This document shows, one piece after another, positions 18,861 to 28,110 of a DNA stretch of 64,000 nucleotides; the first letter of the stretch is position 1; every line of letters begins with the position of its first letter. Location: the IMG/VR virus record IMGVR_UViG_3300022745_000017, positions 153,974-217,973 of that record; one strand, given 5' to 3'. The position numbers and the translations under genes were made by a program. The notes under the pieces are model-generated. The model did no database searches. It was not told the origin of the DNA and saw nothing but the letters and a program-made list of their open reading frames with translations.

Positions 18861-19262
18861 ATGTCGTACACAGATAAGCAAGCAGCTTTGCTTGACCAGA
18901 CCAGCGAAGTCCTCGGCCCATTTGCCAGACCTTGGTTGGTGAAGATAGATCAGGCTTGGGATGGTCGAATCAATTCCAGTTTGCAAGAAGCCATATTGGA
19001 CGTGTTTGGCTTAAAGCGCAGCCAGATGCAAGACCGTGAGTTATTCGAGGTCACCAGCACTGCTGGCTTTGCTGTCAAGGCAGCCAAGTACATCCTCAAA
19101 AACACGCATGGTATCGACTGTTACAAAGGCTGGCTACCACCCATGCCTATACCCCTGGACAAGCCGTTGACGCTTTTCCAAGTCAATGTATTGTCTTACT
19201 GGATCATCAGTGTGGTTAAGACACCTCGCTGGAAATGGCCCAAACTCCCTAAAACCCCCTGA
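18861..19262 (+). CDS. Hypothetical protein
   Basis: 133-aa ORF followed by a hairpin. Confidence 0.7.
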   Translation: MSYTDKQAALLDQTSEVLGPFARPWLVKIDQAWDGRINSSLQEAILDVFGLKRSQMQDRELFEVTSTAGFAVKAAKYILKNTHGIDCYKGWLPPMPIPLDKPLTLFQVNVLSYWIISVVKTPRWKWPKLPKTP

Positions 19263-19263
19263 T

Positions 19264-19299
19264 CACTAGCTCTGGACGAATAAACGTCCAGAGCTAGTG
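19264..19299 (+). terminator. 15-bp stem hairpin
   Basis: CACTAGCTCTGGACG-AATAAA-CGTCCAGAGCTAGTG. Confidence 0.65.
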
Positions 19300-19330
19300 T
19301 ACCCCTTAACTCACCGAAAGAAAGACCATC

Positions 19331-20764
19331 ATGAAAGACAAACAAGGCTATAGCTTCTCCAAGGTTATTGCAGACATTCAAGACAGCCAAAGTCGTTACC
19401 CTCACGCTCAACTCTTCAAACAAGACGAGATTGACATTGCCTCACCTTTGCGAGATTATGTGCGCAATGGCCTTTTCAAGGACGGCTTCTTACATGTGCC
19501 CGGTTTGATGAAGCAGTTTCAAAGGTGCCCACCTACCATGCTAGTGGGACAAATCGCTCAGTTGTGCGAGCTGGAGGCTAATCGTGGAAAATATGGCCCT
19601 TTGCTCACGCTATGTGACCCAGACGCCAGTAAGACGATCATCGAGCACTTGAATTTTCTCTACGGTGTGTTTCCTAGCGCTATGGCGTTCATCGAAGCCA
19701 ACGCAGACCAGATCAAGTACGACTTCGTTGCAAAGGACTTTTTGGAATGGGCCTGGATGCATGCGCTCAGTGCGACATCTTCCCCTACTACTTATTTACA
19801 GTTCGTAAGGTGGGTCGAGGCTACCCTGGTGGCTGTTTTACAGTACCTGCGCGACATCACCCCAGAAGCAGATCAGTGCTTGCCAATCGTGCCCGCGCGT
19901 AGCGTGGCCGCAGATCGCACCAAAGCACCGTGGTATCCAGGCTATGTTAGACTGTCACGCAACGGCCAAATGTCGCGCGATCTCTATTACCATTGCTTAG
20001 CTGTCGTAGGCAAAAAGTGTGAGGAGGTCTATCACGAAGTGCATCGAATTGCCGAGGAAGTATCCAACGCTCATATTCGCAAACCAGCCCTTGCGACGTA
20101 CACTTTTGATCCGGCAGAAATCAGCACAGCGTCAGCGGAGATCGCCGGGTTTAATTGCCTGACGAACTACTTCCGCTCGTACTACACTGCACCCCTACCA
20201 AAAGGAGTCAGGATTGAGTCATTGATACAGTCTGGTAACTGGGTACTCCAATTTGCTCCAGATGAGTGCGTAGCCGTAACCGTTAAGAAGCCATTCACAG
20301 TCCAAGGACTTGTCTCCTATGAAGGCAATGTGATTGACTTGAGCAAAGACACGGAGATGCGCAACCAGTTCTGGGAACACTTTTTCGATTACAACGAAGG
20401 TACTGTTTGGCGCATGAGTGACCTCCTCAAACATTCTTTGGTTGCGTTCCCTACCTCTGTGGACATACACCAGTTCCGTGACTACATCAGCTTGTCCAGT
20501 ACTTCAGGCAAGTGTGTCATAGACAGCATCACCTCTGCTCAGACTGTGTTTAAATCCAGTGCCTTGGCAGCAGATCACGATGGAGATTTCTGCCGATCGA
20601 TGTCAAAGAAGGAGATCAAGGCCAAGACACCCCCACCTCGTGTTAAGGAGCGTTATCGTCAGCTGACCAAACAGCTCAACTGGATGAATGCTCACAACAT
20701 CCAACCACCAAGCAAAATGATTGATGAGATGGAGCGCATCTGTCACGCCTACTTGGTCGCCTGA
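19331..20764 (+). CDS. Hypothetical protein
   Basis: 477-aa ORF; no recognised motif. Confidence 0.85.
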   Translation: MKDKQGYSFSKVIADIQDSQSRYPHAQLFKQDEIDIASPLRDYVRNGLFKDGFLHVPGLMKQFQRCPPTMLVGQIAQLCELEANRGKYGPLLTLCDPDASKTIIEHLNFLYGVFPSAMAFIEANADQIKYDFVAKDFLEWAWMHALSATSSPTTYLQFVRWVEATLVAVLQYLRDITPEADQCLPIVPARSVAADRTKAPWYPGYVRLSRNGQMSRDLYYHCLAVVGKKCEEVYHEVHRIAEEVSNAHIRKPALATYTFDPAEISTASAEIAGFNCLTNYFRSYYTAPLPKGVRIESLIQSGNWVLQFAPDECVAVTVKKPFTVQGLVSYEGNVIDLSKDTEMRNQFWEHFFDYNEGTVWRMSDLLKHSLVAFPTSVDIHQFRDYISLSSTSGKCVIDSITSAQTVFKSSALAADHDGDFCRSMSKKEIKAKTPPPRVKERYRQLTKQLNWMNAHNIQPPSKMIDEMERICHAYLVA

Positions 20765-20807
20765 TTAACTATAGGTGGGCGTAACAGCCCACCCACTAGG
20801 AAACGCC

Positions 20808-21173
20808 ATGAACAAACAAATACCAGATCACACACCCTACACCACAATACCTTACTCGAAAGACAACTGGCGGCATGTGCGACTGTCTCAAGCATTTGCA
20901 AAGCCAACCATCCCAGAAGTCTTGAGTGAGATTAAGCAGCTGGTCGCTGTAGAAAACGATTTACCAGACGGTGAGTTAGACCAGCTCACTAAAACAGTGT
21001 TCGACATCGTTAGTCAAAATACCTTATTGCTCAACCTATTGGCCGCTTTACGACCAGCTACTGTGGCCTGGCCGACCATCGAACTGGCGCCAGATAAGAC
21101 TCGCTGGGAGCTGGTTAAACCACCTAAGCCTGAGTTTAAAATCACCATGCCTGATATAGGAGATAAGAAATGA
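20808..21173 (+). CDS. Hypothetical protein
   Basis: ATG 20808 with AGGAAA SD, in frame with track ORF 20775. Confidence 0.7.
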   Translation: MNKQIPDHTPYTTIPYSKDNWRHVRLSQAFAKPTIPEVLSEIKQLVAVENDLPDGELDQLTKTVFDIVSQNTLLLNLLAALRPATVAWPTIELAPDKTRWELVKPPKPEFKITMPDIGDKK

Positions 21174-21772
21174 CATCCTTGAAAGAAATCACCCTCAGTG
21201 TTGAACAAAACGGCATCAGTATCTCTTGCCAGCACAAGAAGTACTTGATCGATTGGCAGTCACTCGTCAGCATCTCACTATGCCTGATCACTACGGGCCT
21301 TGGGGACTTAGATGAACTGCCGAGTAAACTAAACGCTGATAGCGTCAACCTGATAAAAGACATTGAGCGCGGCATCCCGTCTGAAAGCGCTAAACTGGTC
21401 AAACAAACTACACCAGCTTTCTTTGAAAACGATAGCCAGATTGCATTTTTCTGGACTTACAACGGCTCGCTCATGAAGGTGCGCCTGCATCAGCAAGTCA
21501 TCGTTTACTTATCTGGCCTCGATGCTTATTGGCGCAATGTCGATCCGATTTGCTTCGATCGTTATGACCGTCAAGAGGTGTTTAAGCGCCTAGAGCGGAT
21601 CTTCAATGCCAAGACTGAATACCTTGGCTTATGTGGAAAAGAGACGGTCGAGGAGATAATTCAGCGCTTCTTGTACCACGCACAATCCTATCATCATAAA
21701 CGGAATGATCCTCTCACCATGGAGTCGCTGAAGAACCAAGCTTTCTTGGCTGCTTTCGCCTCACACTTCTAA
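21170..21772 (+). CDS. Hypothetical protein
   Basis: 200-aa ORF, ATGA overlap. Confidence 0.75.
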   Translation: MTSLKEITLSVEQNGISISCQHKKYLIDWQSLVSISLCLITTGLGDLDELPSKLNADSVNLIKDIERGIPSESAKLVKQTTPAFFENDSQIAFFWTYNGSLMKVRLHQQVIVYLSGLDAYWRNVDPICFDRYDRQEVFKRLERIFNAKTEYLGLCGKETVEEIIQRFLYHAQSYHHKRNDPLTMESLKNQAFLAAFASHF

Positions 21773-21796
21773 ACCAACACCTCTATTAACGGCATA

Positions 21797-21829
21797 CGCA
21801 GACTGGTGGGATTACCCCACCAGTCTGCG
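21797..21829. terminator. Bidirectional terminator
   Basis: CGCAGACTGGTGGG-ATTAC-CCCACCAGTCTGCG; long T-tract on the + side, TATGCC on the - side. Confidence 0.85.
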
Positions 21830-21853
21830 CAGTGTTTTCTTTTTTTTTCTTTC

Positions 21854-22621
21854 TCACCAATTCAAGGGAACGGGTGGCTTGCCAAGACTCAATAAAGAAG
21901 CTGTGAGACTCTTAAACTCATTGTACTCAGCCTCAGAGACTTCGGTGAATTCATAGATCTCCTTGTCCTTGGCATTACACCCAACCATGCTTGACACCCC
22001 GAGGTTATCAAACTTAGCCTTGATGCGGTAAAAGCCTTTGGGCTTAGCTTCACCTTCGTCGAGAAACGGCAAGCCCTCAGCGTAGTCGTGCTCCAGGTAA
22101 AACTCAGCAACCATCAGAGGATCACTCTTAGCGCGAGGAGCAATCTCTAAGGACGTACAAAACAGCTTACCGATGGCTGTAGACTTGTACGTCGCAGTCG
22201 CTTTGTTGTAAGCCACGAGCCACACTTCACCCGTAGCTTCAGACTCCCAGAGCAACTTCTTGTTGATGGTAATAGCGTAGTTGAACGGGATGGTCTGTAC
22301 GATGTAGCCGCCGTGGTAGCCAGTGACCTTGGTCGTACTTTTTCCCATGCTATTATAGATATCGTCTTTCCAGCGATTGTATCCAATTACACACCCCATC
22401 AGACTGCGTCCCATGCAGATGCGTGGCGTCGAAGCGTTTTCAATTACCTCATCTTTGGCGGCGGTGTAAGGCAGTCGCGGGATGTAGACCTTTTGCACTT
22501 CCTTGTCAATGCGAAACAAGTGCTTGATGCCAAGGTCTTCAGGTGTAACGATCTTGGCATTCTTTCTCACTAGAGGTGATTGCAATTGCATCCAGTGGTC
22601 GATCTCTTCTAACTCAGTCAT
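21854..22621 (-). CDS. Conserved phiKZ-like protein, often called virion structural; possible ADP-ribosyltransferase-like fold
   Basis: LFRID...YIPR...ENASTPRICMGRSLMGCVIGY...ATGEVWLV pattern. Confidence 0.6.
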   Translation of the reverse strand: MTELEEIDHWMQLQSPLVRKNAKIVTPEDLGIKHLFRIDKEVQKVYIPRLPYTAAKDEVIENASTPRICMGRSLMGCVIGYNRWKDDIYNSMGKSTTKVTGYHGGYIVQTIPFNYAITINKKLLWESEATGEVWLVAYNKATATYKSTAIGKLFCTSLEIAPRAKSDPLMVAEFYLEHDYAEGLPFLDEGEAKPKGFYRIKAKFDNLGVSSMVGCNAKDKEIYEFTEVSEAEYNEFKSLTASLLSLGKPPVPLNW

Positions 22622-22932
22622 TTCTTATCTCCTTTAGCCAAAGCCTTTTCTTTCCAATGCTTGCTTAGATTCACACAGGCCTTCTCACAGGTATCGAACT
22701 TCTTGCAACACGCGCTACAAGGCTCTAACAGCTCTACAGGCTGTATCCCTAGTGTCTTGGCAATCGTCACCATCTCCGGCAGTGTTACAGGCGCTAAGCG
22801 CCCTTTCTCGATCTCCACCAACCGAGTAACTGTCATGCGCGACTTAGCTCGAAAATCAAGTACCGACATGCGAGCAGCTTTTCGCACTTTGTTGACGTTC
22901 TCACCAAAGCCTTTTGCAGATAGAGAATCCAT
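22618..22932 (-). CDS. XRE-type helix-turn-helix regulator with a Cys-rich tail
   Basis: GENVNKVRKAARMS...RLVEIEKG...IAKTLGIQPVELL HTH pattern, then CSACCKKFDTCEKAC. Confidence 0.75.
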   Translation of the reverse strand: MDSLSAKGFGENVNKVRKAARMSVLDFRAKSRMTVTRLVEIEKGRLAPVTLPEMVTIAKTLGIQPVELLEPCSACCKKFDTCEKACVNLSKHWKEKALAKGDKK

Positions 22933-22938
22933 TTTGTT

Positions 22939-23220
22939 TTACTCCTTGATCAGTGAGTAACCACTATCGATGTTGGCCGCAGGACTAAAGGACTCGTAGT
23001 TGTCCTCATAGATCACGTAATACCCACCTGCAACAGGTTTGTGTTTTTCCAGGTAAGCTGAGGTCACCGTGATGATCACGGGCTCCTTATCGGGATCGAC
23101 ATTTTCCAGCGTCATGTAGTTAGACAGTGGCCCCATCTCAATAAAGAGAATCTTGGCAGCTTTGACCTTCTTGTGACACTGGTAGGTAGGCAACTCGGAG
23201 TTGGTAAAAGTGTTCTTCAT
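22939..23220 (-). CDS. Conserved small phage protein (GGYYVxYxDxYxSxSP family)
   Basis: YQCHKKVKAAKI...KHKPVAGGYYVIYEDNYESFSPA. Confidence 0.8.
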   Translation of the reverse strand: MKNTFTNSELPTYQCHKKVKAAKILFIEMGPLSNYMTLENVDPDKEPVIITVTSAYLEKHKPVAGGYYVIYEDNYESFSPAANIDSGYSLIKE

Positions 23221-23240
23221 GATGGAGGTATCCTTTTCAG

Positions 23241-24764
23241 TTATGCAAATTCATCTTCGAGGTCATCAGTGGTTTGACCAGCCATGAGACCCACGCGTGC
23301 TACATTTGAGCGCTCTTTGCCGTGATCGCTTGGAATTGGGCCTGTCGGTGGGAAAGGGTAAACAATGTATTTTTGATCTTCGGGGATCTCGTCATAGCCA
23401 CGGTGTTTGCCGCGCAGCAGAGTGAGCCAAGCTGACCCGCCTTTGCGCTCAATGTGGATGTACATCTCACCGTCGACCTCATTGTCCACTGCCTTACACA
23501 TCTGGTACATGCCCTTGCCTTCGACTTGTTTGACGAAGTCAGTGACCCCTTCACGAATGAGGTTTTTGGCATCACTACTCAATTGATGCGGCGTAAACAT
23601 GATGATGTCTTTAGAGGAGCAAAGGTTGCGAACCTTCTTGTAGAGCTCCTGGATGAACTTGCTGGTATTGGGCTCACCGTGAGGAATCGGTAGCATCGAG
23701 AGATAGTCTAGCGCCAAGACATGGACTTCATATCCATCAGCTTCATACTTAGCGATCTGATCAGCAATGTCTCGGTATGACCACCCCGACGGGTTGACCC
23801 GCATGAACTGTACATGGTAGCCTGTCGCCTTGAGATTTTTCTGTACATAGGCAGCCATCTGCTTGGCTGTGAAATTCTTCAAGTTGGCATTCTTGCCATA
23901 CTCGCACATCCAGAAGTACTTGAACAAAAAGCGAAAGTTATTGACCAAGCTATCTTCAAACGAGATACGCAGCATCAAGGGCTTTTTAGTCGGATCTTTG
24001 AGGACAGGTGTGTTGATCCGGCACATCTCAGCAAACACTGATAGACTAAAGCCAGTCTTATAGCGGTGCTGTAGCGCAGGGAACACCCAACTCTCGCCTT
24101 TGCGCATTCCGCCTTGCATAGCGTCATCTACAGCCTGAAAGCCAGTCTGCATGACAAAGCGAGAGCTACTGGAGTCTGTAACTGTTTCGTAAATCTCTTC
24201 AAACAGTTGTAGATCATCCAGACCAACCGAAGCGACGACATTGGGGTCGGCCTTATTGTCTTTGAGCAAATGCGGCTCTAGCTTGGACTCAATCTCGTTG
24301 GCGATGTATTTGCCGACATCGTCGATCGAATCGCGCTTAAACCGCAACTGATGGGCCATCTTCTGCACGATGTCAATCATCTCAGCATCATTGAACTGCG
24401 CACGAATGTAGTTCTTGATGCTGATAGCTGTCTTCTTGATTTGCTCCTGTGTCAAATCGGTATCGATGACTTGACAAAAGCTCTCATAGAGCCTGTCATC
24501 GTTACCACAGTTAACTTGTAGACGCTGGAGCAAATCGATCTTATCATGCTCAACACCGACAGGTGACTCAACCATGTACAGCGCGGTCTCTTTGAGCGCA
24601 ATCAACAACTCTTTCTCGTTGTCAATCGTCATCACTGTCTCAGGCAATTTGATCGAGTTGATTGCCTTGCGAACCATATCCGCAGAGTTATCAGTCGCTC
24701 CAGTGATATGACTCTCAAGATACAAAAGAGTAATGCTCTTAACCAGCAGAATGCGTGAGTCCAT
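23241..24764 (-). CDS. DnaB-like replicative helicase (phiKZ type)
   Basis: MQTGFQ...QGGMRKGE, variant Walker A ALQHRYKTGF, ISFED, ALDYL, TPHQLS, RGKHRG; lies divergent from the capsid operon. Confidence 0.9.
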   Translation of the reverse strand: MDSRILLVKSITLLYLESHITGATDNSADMVRKAINSIKLPETVMTIDNEKELLIALKETALYMVESPVGVEHDKIDLLQRLQVNCGNDDRLYESFCQVIDTDLTQEQIKKTAISIKNYIRAQFNDAEMIDIVQKMAHQLRFKRDSIDDVGKYIANEIESKLEPHLLKDNKADPNVVASVGLDDLQLFEEIYETVTDSSSSRFVMQTGFQAVDDAMQGGMRKGESWVFPALQHRYKTGFSLSVFAEMCRINTPVLKDPTKKPLMLRISFEDSLVNNFRFLFKYFWMCEYGKNANLKNFTAKQMAAYVQKNLKATGYHVQFMRVNPSGWSYRDIADQIAKYEADGYEVHVLALDYLSMLPIPHGEPNTSKFIQELYKKVRNLCSSKDIIMFTPHQLSSDAKNLIREGVTDFVKQVEGKGMYQMCKAVDNEVDGEMYIHIERKGGSAWLTLLRGKHRGYDEIPEDQKYIVYPFPPTGPIPSDHGKERSNVARVGLMAGQTTDDLEDEFA

Positions 24765-24916
24765 GGCGTTTGACTTGCTATGATTTTCAAAGGTTGGTAG
24801 GGATTGACTCAGGAGTCAGACATAGTATCAAAGAGCGTTTTCAAATGTAAAAGGTAGGTGTGTTATTTTTCTTTTGATATGTTATGTTTATTGCTTTTAG
24901 CCTAGGGGTGAGCCCT

Positions 24917-25462
24917 ATGTGCGAGCTAAATAGTCCCATTTACACACATGAGGGTTCCATGTACGCCCCTGAAAAAAGAGTGAGTTTGATTCCGTCTTGG
25001 GTTTGGCGAGCGGTGCAACGCAGTGGCCTGCCAGCTGAGAGCTTGCATGACTGGAATGCCATGAAGTCACGACTATCTCAAGAAGACCTCGCTAGCTTGG
25101 TCTCCATCATGGATCAGCAAAACCGAATCCTTGGCACACTCTACGCGACCGACTTGGCCATCGAGCCTTATGAGTATCTGAGAGAAGAGTTGTTCGATGC
25201 TGTTCGCTTGAACATGCCTTCTTTCTTGACACGTTTATTTGACGCCCCACCCGAAGGAGATATCCCTTATGAAATCAAAGACCTGGTCACCGAATATTGG
25301 ACAGTGATTATCTACCCTGGTCATTTCTCCCCAAACCTGAGCAAAACCAACACTTTCAACCTCTGCCGAGAGCTCTGCATCAAGGAGTATAACCGCAGTG
25401 ATTTTGAAAGTGCCGCAAAAAAAGATTTTTTCAACACATACCTGTACGGTTTAACTGTATAA
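24917..25462 (+). CDS. Hypothetical protein upstream of the capsid gene
   Basis: In frame with track ORF 24884; ATG 24917 has an AGGGGTG SD. Confidence 0.7.
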   Translation: MCELNSPIYTHEGSMYAPEKRVSLIPSWVWRAVQRSGLPAESLHDWNAMKSRLSQEDLASLVSIMDQQNRILGTLYATDLAIEPYEYLREELFDAVRLNMPSFLTRLFDAPPEGDIPYEIKDLVTEYWTVIIYPGHFSPNLSKTNTFNLCRELCIKEYNRSDFESAAKKDFFNTYLYGLTV

Positions 25463-25511
25463 ATGCTGTGACGACATTTGTGCACTCGCTGGCCCACCAG
25501 TTTGTTGTACA

Positions 25512-25577
25512 GAAGTCGTGTGAAAAAGCTTTTTCATCGGTTTGATCGACCACAACTTCGGCGTCTGCCTTTCACAC
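25512..25577 (+). promoter_or_regulatory. Structured leader of the capsid mRNA (three-way junction with an alternative pairing)
   Basis: GAAGTCGTG/CACAACTTC closes TGAAAAAG/CTTTTTCA and TCGGT/ATCGA; alternative pairing GTGTGAAA/TTTCACAC. Confidence 0.5.
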
Positions 25578-25599
25578 TTTTCTTTTTGAGGATACAAAA

Positions 25600-27777
25600 A
25601 TGTCCGTCTCTGACATCCTGTTTTCCGGCGCTTTGCCGGAAGCCAAGCAACTGCCCGTGCAGCAAATCATCGGCGCTGTCGCGCAGTTGAACTCTGGCCG
25701 TCCAGCCTATGGGCGTGAGCTCGCTGAAAAGACCTTCACCATGGAAGGTATGCGGGAATCCGACACCGCTGCGCTGAAGTCCGGCGTCGACAGCCTGCTG
25801 GTGCGCCTCAAGCGTGAGTTGCCCACCGCCTCGACTGCCTCGCTCAAGGCCGCTGCCTACGCCCATGCCCATAGCGAAGCCCCCACCGCTGCGGTGAAGA
25901 ACCAAGGCCGAACCCTGGCGCAAGTACGCTCGGTGTTTGCTGCTGATGAAAACACCTTGGTGGTTTCCGCTGAAGGCATGTCCGACACCCTGGACGCCCG
26001 CTCCAGCGAGTGGCAGCTCGAAGCCTTCCAAGAGACCGAAAACACCCGTGTGCAGCAATACTCGGTGGCCTACAACCTACTGGCCAGCCGTCAAGACCTG
26101 TTCGGCGAAACCCTCTACCCCACGGTGGTGGTGGCTCCCGAGCACTATGGCTACATGGTGTCGATCAACCTGGCGATCGTTCAAGACGACGTGCGCCGCC
26201 AAACCACTGGTGCACTGGCACTGTTCAACCGCAAAAACGTGGCATGGGCTTACACCGATGCCAACATCCTGCAAGATGAATCGACCCGCTGCGTGCCCGT
26301 GTACCGCGATGACACCGTGGACAACAGCGACAAGTTCCTGGACGCCATCGGTGTGCAGACCGTCAAGGTCGGCAACGAGATGGTGAACACCAAGCCGCTG
26401 CTGTGTGGCGTGGAACACGATCTGCTGGGCCTGAGCCAAACCAACGCCATGCTGGCGCTGGGTGAATCCGGCGTGGAAGACGATCTGGACTCATCGATCC
26501 GACTGAGCAAGATCTACGTGAAGCTGCACTCCGGCAACACCACAGAGTACTTCTCCTTCCCCACCGACAAGCTCCCGTTCAACGACTTCAGCGGCGCGAC
26601 GCAGGCCAACAGCCGCAAGATGACCCTGAACTTCGAAACCTCGGCTCTGAAGTTTGTGGCTGGTCAAAAGACCGTCGCCGGCACCACCAGTGCCCTGCTG
26701 TCCGCCCTGACCGACCGCGTCGTGCACATGAAGGTGGACATCTTCGGCAAGGTGACCCTGGACACCGCAACCACTGTGGTGAACCCCGCCAAGCTGACCG
26801 TCGCCTCCATCACCGCCACCGACAAGTCGCAAGTGGCTGACCCCAACATCGTGGCTGCTCTCGCCTCTGCTGAAGTGGTGGGTTACGATCTGTTGGCTTG
26901 GCGTACCAACGCGGCCCGTCGTCAACGCGGCAAGCTGCTGGACTCGCAAACCGTGAACATGCTCTACACGGTGCCTCTGCTGAGCCCGCTGTCGACCCTG
27001 CGCCCGGTTGGCAAGAACGATGCCGAAGACGCTGCCAAGGTGTCCGTGCTGATCAACGCCACCCACGTCAAGACCAGCAACGCTGCCGTGACTTCGGTGC
27101 TGGATCTGCGCGAAACCCTGGCCACCTACGCTTCGTCGGTGGACACCTTCGGCAACTCGCCGGTGGTGCTGGGCGCTGCCTCCTACGTGCTCAAGCCGTT
27201 CTACGACAACATCGGCGCGTTCAACGTCGCCACGAATGTTGACTCGCTGACTTCGTCGGCCCGCATCGCTGACTTGCAAACGCTGCTGATCAACAAGATC
27301 CGTGACTCGGCCGCTCGCATGGCCTACAACAGCGGTTACTTGAACGCGCTGCGTCTGCAATACAACGGCGTGCCGCCCAAGATCGTGGTGATCATCGCCA
27401 CCGACCCGATCATCGAGCGCTACCTCACCATCAACGGTGACCCGCGTCTGGCTGGTGATCAGTTCGACTACAAGATCGTCAGCTCGCTGGACAGCCGCAT
27501 GTTCGGCCGTGTGCTGATCACCTTGGGCCTGGAAGAAGCCATGACCAGCGGTGCGCCCAACTGGCTGCACTTCGGCAACATGGCCTGGAAGCCCGAGTTG
27601 ACTGTGGTGATGCCGATGGTGCGCAACAACGCCAACGTGGTGGAACTGACGGTGCAACCTTGCTTCCGTCACATCAACAACCTGCCCCTGATGGTCGAAA
27701 TGACCGTGACTGGCATCGAGTCCATCATCGGTGGCAAGGTGAGCATGAACGTCAACAACACGGTCATCACGCCGTAA
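25600..27777 (+). CDS. Major capsid protein (phiKZ gp120-like)
   Basis: 725 aa; SVAYNLLASRQDLFGETLYPTVVV, AARRQRGKLLD, IIATDP, NWLHFGNMAWKPE, VQPCFRHINNLP; strong codon bias; DnaB-MCP-RNAP synteny. Confidence 0.93.
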   Translation: MSVSDILFSGALPEAKQLPVQQIIGAVAQLNSGRPAYGRELAEKTFTMEGMRESDTAALKSGVDSLLVRLKRELPTASTASLKAAAYAHAHSEAPTAAVKNQGRTLAQVRSVFAADENTLVVSAEGMSDTLDARSSEWQLEAFQETENTRVQQYSVAYNLLASRQDLFGETLYPTVVVAPEHYGYMVSINLAIVQDDVRRQTTGALALFNRKNVAWAYTDANILQDESTRCVPVYRDDTVDNSDKFLDAIGVQTVKVGNEMVNTKPLLCGVEHDLLGLSQTNAMLALGESGVEDDLDSSIRLSKIYVKLHSGNTTEYFSFPTDKLPFNDFSGATQANSRKMTLNFETSALKFVAGQKTVAGTTSALLSALTDRVVHMKVDIFGKVTLDTATTVVNPAKLTVASITATDKSQVADPNIVAALASAEVVGYDLLAWRTNAARRQRGKLLDSQTVNMLYTVPLLSPLSTLRPVGKNDAEDAAKVSVLINATHVKTSNAAVTSVLDLRETLATYASSVDTFGNSPVVLGAASYVLKPFYDNIGAFNVATNVDSLTSSARIADLQTLLINKIRDSAARMAYNSGYLNALRLQYNGVPPKIVVIIATDPIIERYLTINGDPRLAGDQFDYKIVSSLDSRMFGRVLITLGLEEAMTSGAPNWLHFGNMAWKPELTVVMPMVRNNANVVELTVQPCFRHINNLPLMVEMTVTGIESIIGGKVSMNVNNTVITP

Positions 27778-27791
27778 GACAGTCTCAGACA

Positions 27792-28110
27792 AGTCTTGGT
27801 TGGTGTAGGGTGATTTGGTTAGCCACCAGTAACTCGAACCAACCAAGACTCTAGACAAATGTCATTACTCAGCAACTACCTACTTGGCGGTGAGGCCAGT
27901 AGGTAGTTGCTGAGTATGCCGCATGTTCGATTATTCTTCAGTCACTTATTATCTAACTGAGTCATGGACGGTAAGGGTTGTGGCAAAATGGGCAAGACGA
28001 TGCTCCATCACAACCCCTTGACTACTCGTAAGCTTACGGGTAACAAAACAACACCCTCAAAGGTTAACTAGGCATAGAACCCTTGAGTCTTAAGTTAGTT
28101 TGCTTAAGGC
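27792..28110. ncRNA. Six back-to-back hairpins after the capsid gene; terminator plus candidate structured RNA
   Basis: Stems at 27792-27850, 27866-27916, 27975-28016, 28023-28042, 28056-28087 and 28087-28110 in the longest intergenic gap of the window. Confidence 0.45.

Noticed and set aside
24804-24831. Second possible sigma70 promoter (TTGACT-N16-TATCAA)
   Set aside because: Poor -10 and short spacer; better explained as a small palindrome
26491-27858. 455-aa antisense ORF over the capsid gene, and a 174-aa one at 25534-26058
   Set aside because: Shadow of the extreme codon bias of MCP; the composition (V/H/G/Q/R-rich) is typical of antisense frames and there is no SD or domain
28066-28090. 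Resemblance of CTAGGCATAGAACCCTTGAG to the T7 T-phi terminator leader
   Set aside because: Short and imperfect, lacks the T-phi stem and U-tract, and the context is native phage DNA; likely chance
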